A DNA stretch of 64,000 nt from the human T2T-CHM13v2.0 reference genome, Homo sapiens: assembly GCF_009914755.1 (NCBI RefSeq), contig NC_060927.1; one strand, written 5' to 3'. Position 1 is the first letter of the stretch; each line of letters starts with the position of its first letter. Positions 14,451 to 27,598 of the stretch are shown here, piece by piece. The notes under the pieces were generated by a model, which saw nothing but the letters and a program-made list of their open reading frames with translations, ran no database searches and had not been told where the DNA came from. A program made the translations under genes and the position numbers.

Positions 14451-15269
14451 AGATTATTTAAGGCAGAGTTCTTGGACATCTAGTGCAGGCTAAGTTCACA
14501 TGAGGGCAATGGACCTGATGACTCTAAGAAGCCATGCCAAGTTTGAGAAGCTCATACCATGTTAACAGCAGATATGCACTAGAAATCCTCTCCATCTTGA
14601 GTTAGGAATGTCTTAGAGACCAGACATTGGTGACCATTTAAAACAAACTGCTTTCGAGGGTAACCTCATGATTCTGTAATTCTGGAATACAATGCAGCCA
14701 ACAGATCAGTCAAGCTGTCTCTATTACATAGCTCACTGTTCCATCCTTTCCTGCCAAGTTTACTTTCAAGATGTGATTAAGGGGTGTTCTATACATTGAA
14801 AGACATTCCTTCTCTGTGTAGAGCAGAAAACCAAAGAAAAACAGTAGTATTTTTCAATATGTCCCATGACCTGTTGTAATATTATATTTTAAAAGGACTT
14901 AATTGTAAAAAATACATTAGACATCTTATTACTCTTTGCTTCACACACATTCTCACAGAGCTAACCGTTATCATCAAATGTTGTTTAAAATCACAGGGTA
15001 TTTGATACCTTGCTCCTGTCTCTCCTGACGGGGAGATTTTAAAGTCTTCAATCTTGTCCTCAAATTGATTCAACTAGTTGCCTCTGTACATTTTAATCTT
15101 ATTCTTATAATTTATCATTTTCCTTAGATACAGAAATTAGTTATCTTCAAAATATATTTATGAAATGATAATCTGAAAATTGGTTGGTCAACTTTACCTA
15201 TTATATCTATTTGGGCCTCTCTGCTGAGCTGATTTTAAAAACTCTGTATGAGTAAGTAACAAGCGAAAG

Positions 15270-15490
15270 CACTATAGTTAGAGTCAAATATTTGACCTTT
15301 TGGTCTTCTAAACCACACACTGGCTGTGTGGTTTAAGGATAGTTATGAACGTACTTAAGCTTCAATTGACTTATCTGTAATTTGGGGACAATAATACCTC
15401 TACTGCAGCTATACAGTGATGATGAAATGAAATTATGTTTGTGAATGTTCTTTGTAAACTGTAAATCACTGTAATTATGTGAGGATCTAT
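15270..15490 (+). mobile_element. MIR (MIRc/MIR3-like)
   Basis: ctggctgtgtgg..ttatctgtaatttggggacaataatacct..gtgaatgttctttgtaaactgtaaatcactgta. Confidence 0.6.
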
Positions 15491-15571
15491 TTTGCAGTAA
15501 GGACATTAGTGGTTTATAAAGTTTTCCTTAAAAAAGCCATATACCAACAGATGTTTTGTTTTCCAAGAACT

Positions 15572-15703
15572 ATCTATCTGTCTCTGTCTTCCTCTGTCTC
15601 TCTCTGTCTTCAGTCTCTCTCTCTGTCTCTTTCTCTCTCTCTCAGAGACACACACACACACACACAGACACACAGACACACAGACACACACATACACACA
15701 CAT
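15572..15703. repeat. Compound (TC)n/(CA)n microsatellite
   Basis: Read directly from sequence. Confidence 0.95.
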
Positions 15704-16649
15704 ATAACACTATGATGCTGCTGCAATGGGAAAAACATTTTGTCCATTGCTGCAAAAGCAACTTCTGACTATATTTCCTCTTTTTCTGTGGGTGGAATGA
15801 AAAAAAATCTGGATAGGATTTTGAAAATGAGAACAGCTGATGCAACGTTGGCATGCATTCATTGAAGTTTTATCCCTTCTATGCAAATCTGGAAATTTTG
15901 GTTTGCTAACAGACAAAATTTAGAGGGAAATAAAATAGCTTCCCCAATGGCTTCAGCAGTTATCAGTTTGAAAGAATGTATCTGTGTGAAGATATGCAAT
16001 AAGAAGCAGATTGGCCATTCGTTCTGGAGCTCTTTTGAGAGTTAAATGTTGACAAAATGACTCTTTTCTCATATTTTCCCTACACCTTCATTATCTCCAC
16101 AATTCCTTCAGGCACTAACTATCTATTGGACCTCCTATTGGTGCTTTCACTGACAAAAGTAGCATTTGGTGATAATGAAATTATTAAATCATGAAAACTT
16201 TACATTCTTGTTGGTAATAAACCACTTCCTGTGGTTGGGTTGAGTGTGAAACAAGATCACCAAATTAAACCCAATGGAAGCTGGGCTATTACCTGTTTTT
16301 ACCTCTAACACAAACACTCAAACACCTAACCAGGCAGATAGGTGACTTTCAAGGTAGCCTAGATTCTAAAGTTGCATGAATGGACACGAAATCCTCGTTT
16401 GCTCATGTCAAGCATGAGTCCTTTATTTGCGAGGCCCCGTTCCAGCTATCTCGAATCTCAGCTATAGCATCTGGGTCAGTTTCCTCAACAAAGGGCCTTC
16501 TAGGATCAGTTAGGACTAGGGCTCCCATGGTGTTTTGGCTGCAATTGATTTTTAATGATTCAGAAAGTTCATATTGTTTACGTTGTCACTTGGCTTTAGC
16601 AGCTTTCTGCAGCTAATTAATGAAAGGTGTCCAAACCATGGCTGTCCTA

Positions 16650-17400
16650 GTCTCAAAGAAGCTACTACTTTATCCTGGTTGCTATTTTGAAAATTTGTGG
16701 ATGTTTTTTTCTGGATTTTCATAGTAATCAGGTGGAGAAGCATTTAATGGATGGAGGCCAGGGATACCAGATGTTCTACAATAAATTATGCAATCAAGAA
16801 TCAAAAAGAATTGTCCTCTATCTTGAATAACTGTTTTAATATCACCTGACCTACTCTGTCCATAATTATCTGAAATCAGAACTTAAGGCCATCATGCATA
16901 TAAGCGGAAAATATTTTTTACTGGCTTCAAAATATACTGAATCTTCTAAAGATGAAACTAGTCTACCAACTGAGGGAAGATTGTATTTTGTTTTGTTTGG
17001 GAACTTTACCAACAGTTGTTTGTCATTACAGAAAATTCAGTTGCCAATGGCAATGAAGCTCGTAGATTTTAACTCATTAATACAACACCCTGGAGTCCGT
17101 CTGCATTTGTTACAGTCACACTCATGATGATTCTACATTTAGGACACACATTTGACTACTTCTTTGTGCCTTTAGTGTAGTTATGTCCATTTATTTACAT
17201 ATTGAAGTGCATATTATTTTATTATACATTGATGTTATTTTTTGCTTTGAGTACAGTTATGACATTATTTATTTGTTTTGAACTTATGTATATAGGGTAG
17301 AATATATTATCTATGAATCTCATTTTGAGTTAGTGAAGGAGCCTTATAAGAAATTTATTATCAAAGGGAGATATTGGAGCCAATAGATTGAGAATCACTG
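16650..17400 (+). mobile_element. MER20B-like hAT-Charlie element
   Basis: MER20-like segment (ggaggccagggataccagatgttctacaa..aagaattgtcc), internal gggaagattgtattttgttttgtttgggaactttaccaa, terminus attgagaatcactg. Confidence 0.7.
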
Positions 17401-17669
17401 GGATTTGTTGTCATGGTTTTAAAATTCTCACATTTCAGAAAGAACCAGTGGGACCCAAAAGATGTAACTATGACTTGTATCCATGGATATATGCATCTTA
17501 TAAACCTTCAAACCAACCAATATCCTTTTTTTAATCATTGGTAAACACAGACTGGGTTTATGATGTATTTATGGTTCAGGCACCTCAAAGAGATGTATTT
17601 TTTCTCTCTGGCAACCAATTGCTCTTTTGCAATAAATTACTTAATAATAAACTCCTTCTCAGCTTCTTC

Positions 17670-17970
17670 AAGATGGAAAGGGCCATAGAGGTCATTTAAA
17701 ACAAACTCTCTCCCAGGAGAAGACTGCCTTATGCAACTTCATCAACAAATCCAAAATGCTGTGGCTTTAATGTGTCCAAGGATGAAAAACTTACTACCAT
17801 ACAAGCCAATTTGTCTTCGATGTTGAATACATTTTTTTGGAAAAGTTAAACTAAACTGTGTCTACTTAAATTCCATCCTCTAGTTTAAATTTAGTTCTCA
17901 CTAGTAATACAGAACCAGATGTTTTTATTCCCCTGCATAACAGCCACCCACGAGTATGAAAGAGTGCTCA
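17670..17970 (-). mobile_element. L3/CR1 3' fragment
   Basis: gatggaaagggccatagaggtcatt..cttactacc..ttccatcctctagt..acagaac..cataacagcc matches reverse-complement L3 3' region. Confidence 0.6.
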
Positions 17971-18499
17971 CATAGTGAGGGAGGCAAGCCAGTGCTGCAG
18001 CCCAGTCAACGCATGAAAGCGTGAGCACTCTGTTGCTCATATCGAGAGCTCCACACTATGAATCTGGGTTGAGGCCACAGCCAAAGGCAAGAACATTGTT
18101 CTCTTAACTCTGACATCAACTGCTTCAGTAACTTCTCCCTTAACATTGCCATGGTTAACTCTGCCTCCTCAAGGGTTAATGGAAATTTTTGATGAAGACG
18201 TTTCTTAAGAGGGAGGATCACTCGGGGAAAAGCATATTCACAGAGAAGTTGAACTTTCTGAGCCCTAACGTTTTGTACATGAGTTCCTAGTGCTTTCTAT
18301 AAAAGCTGCAAAGTGTAGGCTCAATACTGTCTGCCTTGGATATCTTTGGAGCTCATGGACCTTACTATGGAAGGAAAATAAAATGTTTTCTCTTTCTTTG
18401 GTCATCTTTCCTATTATCCAAGAATGCAAACATTACCTAATCCAATATTTTCTTTTCCCGAATTATCCAACTCATACCCTTCTGAGAACTGCTGAACCC

Positions 18500-18848
18500 C
18501 CTGGGTCTCCTGCCTGAAATGCTTTTCACTCACACCCATCCCATTGCATGTTAGAAGACAGAGGTCTTCTCATTCAGGTGTCAGCTCCTCAGCAATACCT
18601 TCCTTAACAAAGGCAGATTTCACCCAAAGCCAGTCCTTTTGCATTATATTGGCTATTTTACTTAACAAGGTATGGTTGAAGTTTAATAATCTGTCTTACC
18701 TGTTTATTTCCTTTTCTTACTAACATGTAAGTTCCATGGAATTATGAATCCCATTGGCCTTTTTGCTTCCATACGTTCAGGGCTTTAAACAATGCCCGGC
18801 ATGTGGTGCATGCTCAATGAACATTTGCTGGGTAAATGGGTAAGTAAA
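18500..18848 (+). mobile_element. L2 3' fragment
   Basis: ctgcctgaaatgct..tgtaagttccatgga..aacaatgcccggcatgtggtgcatgctcaatgaacatttgctg. Confidence 0.7.
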
Positions 18849-19223
18849 GACACAGAACAGAGCTCTTTGTGTAGCACTTTGAGGTGGCTTGTTGAGTTTT
18901 GAATCAGGGTCCAATTTGTTTTCTTCTAGCTATGCTGATTCTTTAATCTTTTCTCCAGGTTATATACACCTAGGGCCTTTCACGACATACTTCCAATCGC
19001 CCATGACTGGAAATGCTCTACTTTCAAATTTTCATGCTTGAAATGTGACTTCTAGTACGGAACACAATTTGCCTTTAGTTCAGAATATGGTTATGTGGAC
19101 GCTGTGCTTCAGGCTTAGTGGTCCAAAGGTTTATGGAAGATGTGGAACTTTCTAGTTTTATCCTTAACAATTTTTAAGCTCTGAAAAAATACTGGTTGAG
19201 TCTAGCCTTAGGCTTTCTTATGA

Positions 19224-20242
19224 TTTTTTTTATTATTATACTTTAACTTTTAGGGTACATGTGTACAACGTGCAGGTTTGTTACATATGTATACATGTGC
19301 CATGTTGGTGTGCTGCACCCATTAACTCGTCATTTAGCATTAGGTGTATCTCCTAATGCTATCCCTCCCCCCTCCCCCCACCCACAACAGTCCCCGGTGT
19401 GTGATGTTCCCCTTCCTGTGTCCATGTGTTCTCATTGTTCAATTCCCACCTATGAGTGAGAACATGCGGTGTTTGGTTTTTTGTCCTTGCGATAGTTTGC
19501 TGAGAATGATGGTTTCCAGCTTCATCCATGTCCCTACAAAGGACATGAACTCATCATTTTTTATGGCTGCATAGTATTCCATGGTGTATATGTGCCACAT
19601 TTTCTTAATACAGCCTATCATTGTTGGACATTTGAGTTGGTTCCAAGTCTTTGCTATTGTGAATAGTGCCGCAATAAACATACGTGTGCATGTGTCTTTA
19701 TAGCAGCATGATTTATAATTCTTTGGGTATATATCCAGTAATGGGATGGCTGGGTCAAATGGTATTTCTAGTTCTGGATCCCTGAGGAATCACCACACTG
19801 ACTTCCACAATGGTTGAACTAGTTTACAGTCCCACCAACAGTGTAAAAATGTTCCTATTTCTCCACATCCTCTCCAGCACCTGTTGTTTCCTGACTTTTT
19901 AATGATCACCATTCTAAGTGGCGTGAGATGGTATCTCATTGTGGTTTTGATTTGCATTTCTCTGATGGTCAGTGATGATGAGCATTTTTTTCATGTGTTT
20001 TTTGGCTGCATAAATGTCTTCTTTTGAGAAGTGTCTGTTCATGTCCTTTGCCCACTTTTTGATGGGGTTGTTTGTTTTTTTCTTGTAAATGTGTTTGAGT
20101 TCATTGTAGATTCTGGATATTAGCCCTTTGTCAGATGAGTAGGTTGCAAAAATTTTCTCCCATTCTGTAGGTTGCCTGTTCACTCTGATGGTGGTTTCTT
20201 TTGCTGTGCAGAAGCTCTTTAGTTTCATTAGATCCCATTTGT
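19224..20242 (-). mobile_element. 5'-truncated primate L1 (L1PA3-like), ~1 kb: ORF2 C-terminus plus 3'UTR
   Basis: L1PA 3' end ttattatactttaa..tagggtacatgtg..; minus-strand peptide [48 protein letters not shown] is L1 ORF2; probable TSD tgattttt. Confidence 0.97.
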
Positions 20243-21982
20243 GATTTTTATTTGGATTCAATTTCAATCATTTTAGCGTATTTGGATTTCTGGACTATGT
20301 CTCCCTGGGGATTTAAATTATTAGTTAGAGTTCATTTAAGTAAAATAATATCATTTACAAGTAAGATAGGTTATGCTGTTGGTTTTTGAGTGCATGTTAA
20401 GTTGAGAAATGTGATCACTGCTCAATTCACACCCTGCTAGACAAATCCTAGCAGAAGCTGAAAGGATAAAGTAGAGGTCTACCAAAAACATCCATGATTA
20501 TTTTAATGCAATTGTAAACAATACTACTTTCTTATAAAATTAGTAATTCCAGACAAATGCCAGTACAATAGGTATAAAATGGGATGGCATTGGGAAAGCT
20601 GGGGTGTATCATCACCCTACATACATGTGCAGCCACAGAGAAATGACAACCTCTCCTGTCCCTGTCTGTCAACCACAGCAAAGAGGGAAGTTGAAGCGTC
20701 ATCCTATGCACTCAATCATGTGATAATTTTCTCCTTTATCCTTCCATTTGGACGCTCTTTTAAAAATCCATTATTTGACCAATAAATCAAAAGTTAAGGA
20801 GAATAAGTGCAAATTCACAGTATAACAAACTCCCAGCGACTTTTAATGAATCAGCAAATATACAGCATGCATGTCACTGGTTCCTGCTCCTACAGGTATG
20901 ACAGACATCCCTAATTGATTCCTAATAGATCTTTGGGTTTCCAAGGCTTCATCTGACATTTCTTTCTTTTATGCATACTACTTACTTTTGTAATATATTT
21001 CTAAAAATGTTGCATAGATCACTTTTATGAAAACAAATCACACTTTAATTGCACAAACACTTCTCTATTTAAATGAATCCCACTGTGAATACATTTGTAC
21101 ATATTCACCTATTAATTTTAGTACTATGTAACTATGTCTTAAAATGAATCTACCCTCCTAAGACATATTTATAAGTCATATGCCTCATCACTAATCACCC
21201 AAATAGAGGGGAGATCAAGAACGTCCTAAAATGACCAGAAAATCAATATATGCTCCTGCTAATGCCTCTGTATGTGACTTGATCATTACAAAAATCAAGC
21301 CCTGGCTAATATGTTTCTTGCCTGTGAATAAGTCAATATAATATTTCTGCACGAATTTCTTTTCATGGGGCTTTCAACTCATTAAAATGACATTTGTTGA
21401 AGTTCATATATGTTAGTATTTGTATTTATTCCTTTAACGTGTGTTCATTTTGTTAGACCTGACCATTTAATGAGTTAGGATAACTTGGGGAGCGCTTATG
21501 AACAAAAGTTTAGATTGAAAATAGGGGTCTGTACTAACATCCCCTGATTCGTTGAGTGTGGATTTAGAAACTAACTGATATGCTTCCATTTAAGCTTATA
21601 TGTAATTAGATTGACACTAGAAATTGCCATCCATGCACCATGTCTCAAAATTTATGTATTATAGATCAAATTGCTTACAATTTTAGAATACTTAGGACTA
21701 AGAATTTATTCAGCATTACTTTTTATGACAAGGATCTGTATAATCCTACAGATGGATTTGTCAAATTCCACAAATAGAAAACCTTTTTGTATCTGTCTCC
21801 TGTCACTACGATAAACCATTTTTATGAGTTTGACATTTGCTTCTAACTTTAACGACCTAGAAAAAAATGCTATCCTTTTTAGTTTGTCCTTTCCCTAGCA
21901 CAAGTTTAAGCACACTTGAAGAGATTTTATTTGAAGAATTAGGCAGGTCTTTCCTAAAGTCATGTCTGTATTCTGGAAGAAG

Positions 21983-22170
21983 CACTTTTTATTGGTCACC
22001 TACTGTGTTCCAAGCAGCGCACTGTAAGTTTTTATTTGACTTTATCACAATGAATAGTTATAACCCTTTAAATCAGATTCTATTACTGTTCTCATTTTAG
22101 AGAAGCAGAAATTAAATATGTTAGCAATATGCTTAACATTTTATGGCACGGCTTATTAATGGCAAAATCA
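21983..22170 (-). mobile_element. MIR fragment
   Basis: tttattggtcacctactgtgttccaagc..ctattactgttctcattttagagaagcagaaatt. Confidence 0.6.
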
Positions 22171-22435
22171 TCCAGGTAGTATCTTTCATTGATCCTTACT
22201 GTATTAATCAGATTACAATTGTTACCATCTTTGTAAGTATAAAATACTAAGTGGAATGTGTGAACATAATGTAGATGAGCTTTGTCTTTCAGCTAGAACA
22301 ATGTCAGCAAAGATATAATAATGGTGGCTTTTATTGGACTGTCTTAGCTAATATTGGACCCCTATTTCAGAAGGGAGCAGAAGATAATCAGTCTTAAAAC
22401 ATCTTTGCAATATGCATGGAAATTCTACTATTTTA

Positions 22436-22580
22436 AAATTTCAGTCAACAAACATTTTTTGAGAATTCATGAGGTGTTCAACACTATTCAGCACCAGGGA
22501 TACGAAGGTTGAAAATATGAACACAGTTTGAAGGGCTCTACCATCTAACTAGAGAACACAGAAAGTATGTAGACAATTAC
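22436..22580 (-). mobile_element. L2 3' fragment
   Basis: ttcagtcaacaaacatttttgag..acactattcagcaccagggatacgaaggttgaa. Confidence 0.55.
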
Positions 22581-23129
22581 AGGAATGAAGATTATTAGAA
22601 ACATTTTAGAAAGCAATTGATAATATTTTGTGATCACCAGTGAGGTGGAAGCTTTTTTGCTTAATTGTACTCTCAAATGTAGACAGTAACTCCATCTTAA
22701 TGAGTCAGGAAATTAAGATTTAAGGGATTTTAAGCCTCATGCCTGAAGCTATTTTGCTGAGGAGTGGAATGGTGGTGGTGGTGGAAAGTGGGGATTTGAA
22801 TGAAAATCTATTTGATGATAAATATCATGTTTTTCTCAACTCAATCAACTAAAGTCTAGTTGATGATGTAAAGATGCAAGATTTATTGACAATCAATATC
22901 TTGTCCCAGGTAAATTTATCTTACCCTTCCGGAAGCACTAATCTCATCAGGAATTAGACAAACAACTAGAAATAAAGGTGGGAGTTAGGGTTGTAGTTGA
23001 AGTGCTTCATGAGAAGGCCAGAGGAATTGGAAGGGGCATGAGGCATCTTGAAATTGATGCTAGATCACCTGGCAGGAAGGGAAGGTCAAATAAGGTGCTA
23101 AAAATGGGAGAGAAAATTTATTAACATAA

Positions 23130-23170
23130 TTCTTTTTCTTTTTCTTTCTTTCTTTCTTTCTTTCTTTCTG

Positions 23171-23201
<31 letters not shown>

Positions 23202-23677
23202 GTCTTTCTTTCTTTCCTCTTTCTCTCTCTCTCCCTCCCTCCCTTTCTTTCTTTTCTTTCTTTCTTTGTTCTTTCTTTCTTTCCTTTCTTCTTTCTTTCT
23301 CTTTTTTCTTTCTCTTTCTTTCTTTCCTTCTTTCCTTCCTTCTCATTTCCTTCCCCTTCCTTCCTTCCTTTTTTCCCTTTCTTTCTTCCTTCCTTTCTTC
23401 TTTTCTCCCTCCCACACTTCCTTCTTCTCCCTCCTTTCTTCCCTTCCTTCTTTTCTCTTCCTCCTTCTCTTCCTTCCTCATTCCCTCCTTTCCTTTTCCT
23501 TCCTTCCTTCCTCCCTTCCTCCCTCCCTCCCTTCTTTCCTTCCTTCCTTCCTTCCTTCCTTCTTTCCTTTCTTCCTCCCTCCCTTCCTCCTCTCCCTCCC
23601 TGCCTCCCTCCCTCCTTCCTTCCTTCTTTCCTTCTTTCCTTCCTTCCCCTCTCTCTTTTTTTTTTTTATTTCTTTTT
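23130..23677. repeat. ~550-bp homopyrimidine (TTTC/TTCC/CTCC)n low-complexity tract
   Basis: Read directly; very few purines on the + strand. Confidence 0.97.
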
Positions 23678-23733
23678 GGTAAGAACTCAAAAGAAAAGGG
23701 GAGGAAAAGGAAAACCAAAAGTAAAGGAAATAT

Positions 23734-24030
<297 letters not shown>

Positions 24031-24119
24031 AAAAGTAAAGAAAATATAATTCAACCACCAAGCATAGGGTCCTAATATGTTTTCAAGCTACCTACTTTTC
24101 TTGCTTTCTTTCTATCTTG

Positions 24120-24568
24120 GGTATGAGTTAGCTTGTGCTGCATAACAAACTAGCCCAACATGTAGTGTCTTAAAGCAACATTCATTATTTCTCGCAAATC
24201 TGTGGGTTATCTGAATACTTCTTCTGGTCTGTGATGGCTTAACTGGGAATGGATGTTTTGAGGTGTGCACATTCACATGTTTCAGGCCTCATATGGGACA
24301 TCTGTGCCTCTTTCCACTTGTTCTTTTATCTTTAAGAAGGCTATCCCACACTTATTCACATGCCAGTTGTATTCGAAGAGTACAAAGGCAGTAAATTAAA
24401 GGTGTTTTGAGGCTTAGGTTTAAACCTTAGATAGAGTCTCTTCTGATTCATTCTGTTATTCAAAGAGAGTCTCAAAGCCACCCATATTGAATGCATGATA
24501 GGCAAATAATACTAACTTCTTGACGGGAGGAAGTGCAATGAATCCATGGCCATTTTCAACATACCATA
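24120..24568 (-). mobile_element. MaLR solo LTR (MLT1F/G/H-like)
   Basis: gtatgagttagcttgtgctgcataacaaactagcccaacatgtagtgtcttaaagcaaca..atctgtggg..cttcttgacgggaggaagtgcaa..ggccattttcaacatacca. Confidence 0.75.
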
Positions 24569-25612
24569 TCTTTGTATGGAGAAGTGAAGTTCCCTGGTCT
24601 GTGATTAGCGATTACCAATGGCAGATGTCTCCTTGAATGCATGGCTAATCTGTATCACTTGTCACTTCCAATAACTCTGTCACTAAAGAACCCCAGAAAG
24701 CAGTTTCCTGTACAGAGCCTGGAACAGTTTTCTACAAAAGGAATAATATTTGTTACATTGTATTCTTAGAAACAGCCACATTAAAGTTGAAAGTTCAAAG
24801 ATGATTTTCACATTTTAACCAAGTTTTTAAAGTGTTTGACGTTGAGGAAATGTTAGTGTTTCTGTCACAATATTTTTTGAATTATAGAACTGGGGCATGG
24901 ATTCTGCATCAAATTTACATGAGATTTTCAAAGACGAATGCTGAACAGTTCAAGGAACGTTATCTTTTAAAAATTTCCAGAAGTTCACAGCACTTAACAG
25001 TGAGAATTGAAAATAAGCACAAGTTTGCTTTCCCAAATCACTGGAAATCCAAGAGCAAAGATTATGAGACCCCTAGGTCCAAGAAACTGCTAGCTGTGAT
25101 TGCAAACTTGGTTGTTGCTTTTTCATATATTCTGATTTTATGGCATGAGCCAACACTTACCCTAACTCACACAAGTTTGGTTGCCAAAAATGTCCCCTCA
25201 AGAGTATCTTATAATTTTCAACGAGATTATCTCAAAGGATGCTTATGTGTGTGGCCAAACAGGAGTCTGCTCTGTGTTTTGACTCATGCTCCACTCCATG
25301 TTTCAAGTTGCCAAGGCTTTTAAAGAGAACTCATCACTTCTACCGGCCACCATGATAATGTCAACATGTCTACTAAGGGTATCATGTCCAGATGGTGCCC
25401 AAAATCCCAGGTCCATGGACATCAGAAGAGTGATGGATTTTATTCAGAGATGGAGAGATTGACCTCTATACCAACTGTGTAATATACTTTGCTATCTGGG
25501 TGTCAGAACAAGTCTGCCTATAAAATCCAAAGTCTTTCTTAATCAGTTCTTTTAATTTCTTCATCTCTCTTCCCTTCCTCCTGCATCTTTGTAGCTTAAG
25601 GGTTCAGGGACC

Positions 25613-25748
25613 TGTTCACACAACAAATGATTGAATTGAGTGCCTGCTGTAGCAGGCAGACATGTAGGCACTGTCCTAGGTGCTACAGATAGCAGTGAAC
25701 AGGAGAGGCCAAAGAAGCAGGGCCCTGCCCTCTTGGATATTAAACTTA
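25613..25748 (-). mobile_element. L2 3' fragment
   Basis: caacaaat..ttgagtgcctgctgt..aggcactgtcctaggtgctacagatagcagtgaacagga..ccctgccctcttgga. Confidence 0.7.
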
Positions 25749-26391
25749 CCCATCTATTTACCTCTCTTCCCCTCTCTGTCCTAAGCTTGACTAAAACTTT
25801 CCTCTCCTTCTCTAGTTACCAAAGAAAGTCTCCTAAGGAAAGGAATAGATATAAAAAGATACTGAGTAGTGCAATGGGTGGATGATTGGCATGATTGCAG
25901 TAGCAGTCTCTAGTTACACCTGCCAAAAATGCCCTGTTACATTTACAGGACCACATTCCAACAGATTTAGACAGAATGTATTTAAGTCATGTCAAAGACA
26001 CTGAAAATAAGAAAAATTCAGTTTGTTTTGCTTAAAATACTACAAGTACTTAGTTTAAATGTCTCACCTCTCACTTAATGTGGATGAATGTGTGGGACAT
26101 TAAGTGGCTACAGGTTTGGTCACTTGATTGAGTTAAAACAAGGAACTTGATGAAATACCCAACAAATGACTAAATTGTATTTTTCACTTTCCATTTGGGC
26201 ATCACAGTCTTATTTTATGACTCAGGGAGTGAGACTAACATAACTTCAACACAACCTACCTGTGTTATGCCTCAGAGAAAATTATATTCATTGAGTTATG
26301 TAGTATTTGGAGAAAAAGTTACTAGTTTGTGTGAATTTATATGAAGTCTTCTCAACACAGCAGTGCTCATACATATTTTAGGTAAGAAACA

Positions 26392-26429
26392 AAGACTATA
26401 CTTTCAGGGATCATTTCTATAGTTCGTTA
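26392..26429 (+). pseudogene. 3'-truncated (tailless) U3 snoRNA retropseudogene, first 38 nt
   Basis: AAGACTATACTTTCAGGGATCATTTCTATAGTTCGTTA matches the 5' end of vertebrate U3 snoRNA (GAC box, box A', box A); flanked by 12-bp direct repeat AGGTAAGAAACA (26380-26391, 26430-26441); no poly-A tail. Confidence 0.93.
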
Positions 26430-26604
26430 AGGTAAGAAACATGAGAAGGTTGACACATATGACTTGGAATTAAAGAGAAAATGAGGTGTTGTCCAAGATA
26501 CTTCTTCTGAGATGGGAAATGGAAGATAAGTTCTTTTCTTCTGTGTTGACATATACAACTGGCTTCTCAACAGGAAGGGTAAAAATCTGCATTTTTATTC
26601 TTGT

Positions 26605-26860
26605 TAGTTACCATTTATTCTGTGCTTACCAAGTATCAGAATTTAATGTCTGAAAGTACATTACATACATCACATTCAATTCTAACAGTAAATGAAGACA
26701 TAGATATTAATATTCTGTTTACTGTATGAGGAAACCAAGGCACAGGGAGGTTAAGTGACTTGACAAAAATCGCACAGTTCCCAAGTTTTAGATCATTAAT
26801 TCAAAAACAAAGCACTTAGATTTCCAAGCTGCTGCATTTGACTAGTAGCCAACACTGCAC
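26605..26860 (-). mobile_element. MIR SINE
   Basis: catttattctgtgcttaccaagtatcag..tgaggaaaccaaggcacagggaggttaagtgacttgacaaaaatcgcacag. Confidence 0.75.
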
Positions 26861-26899
26861 TCTCAAATGTGTATTTTGAGAACTGAGTGTAGCAACTTT

Positions 26900-27080
26900 T
26901 ACATCATAAAGGCTGACTGGGTCTTGACCTCTGCCTCCTGAGCGCCAGTTCCCTCATCTGCAAAATGAGAGAAATAATGCCTCTTTTGAAAATAAAGATG
27001 AAACCATGTATGAGGAAGAACAAATGCATTTTCCAGTGCCAGTCACAGGGTCTGAAAAATAGCATATTATCAACAGATAT
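26900..27080 (+). mobile_element. MIR fragment
   Basis: cctcctgagcgccagttccctcatctgcaaaatgagagaaataatgcctc. Confidence 0.55.
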
Positions 27081-27084
27081 TGTC

Positions 27085-27495
27085 TGTCTGAAACATTATA
27101 TAGAGGAACTATTTCACACCATCATTAGCTAAGTTTCTAAGGGGTGTTGGATTAAAATTAGAGACATGACCTGAGCTTCGACATTTACATCTATGCCAGA
27201 TCTGAAGTGTATGTTTTAAAAACCTGACATCAAGATTGGCAAGGAGCCAAAAATAAGCTACCACATCAAACTCAAAGGAAAATTTGAGGAGGGCCACTTC
27301 ATGTAAAGGAGAAAAGTGACTTAATGATTAGCACGTATAAATAATATTTTATCTGCCCTTTAAAGAAGGATGTGTGTGTGTGTGTGTGTGTGCGCGTGTG
27401 CGCACGCACGCCTGTGTTTTGTCTATGGAAGAAATATTAACATATCTTTCAAATGCTTTGCCTTCCTCTTTCTCCCTCCCTCTCTTCCTCTTTCT

Positions 27496-27539
<44 letters not shown>

Positions 27540-27563
27540 TCCTTTCTTTCTTTCCTTTCTTTC

Positions 27564-27598
<35 letters not shown>

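Noticed and set aside
19439-20267. ORFs with clear protein similarity
   Set aside because: Frameshifted L1 ORF2 C-terminal remnants of a truncated L1PA, not a host gene
24832-25323. 163-aa ORF in non-repeat-looking DNA
   Set aside because: Starts at GTG, has no recognisable domain or convincing splice context; compatible with a chance ORF
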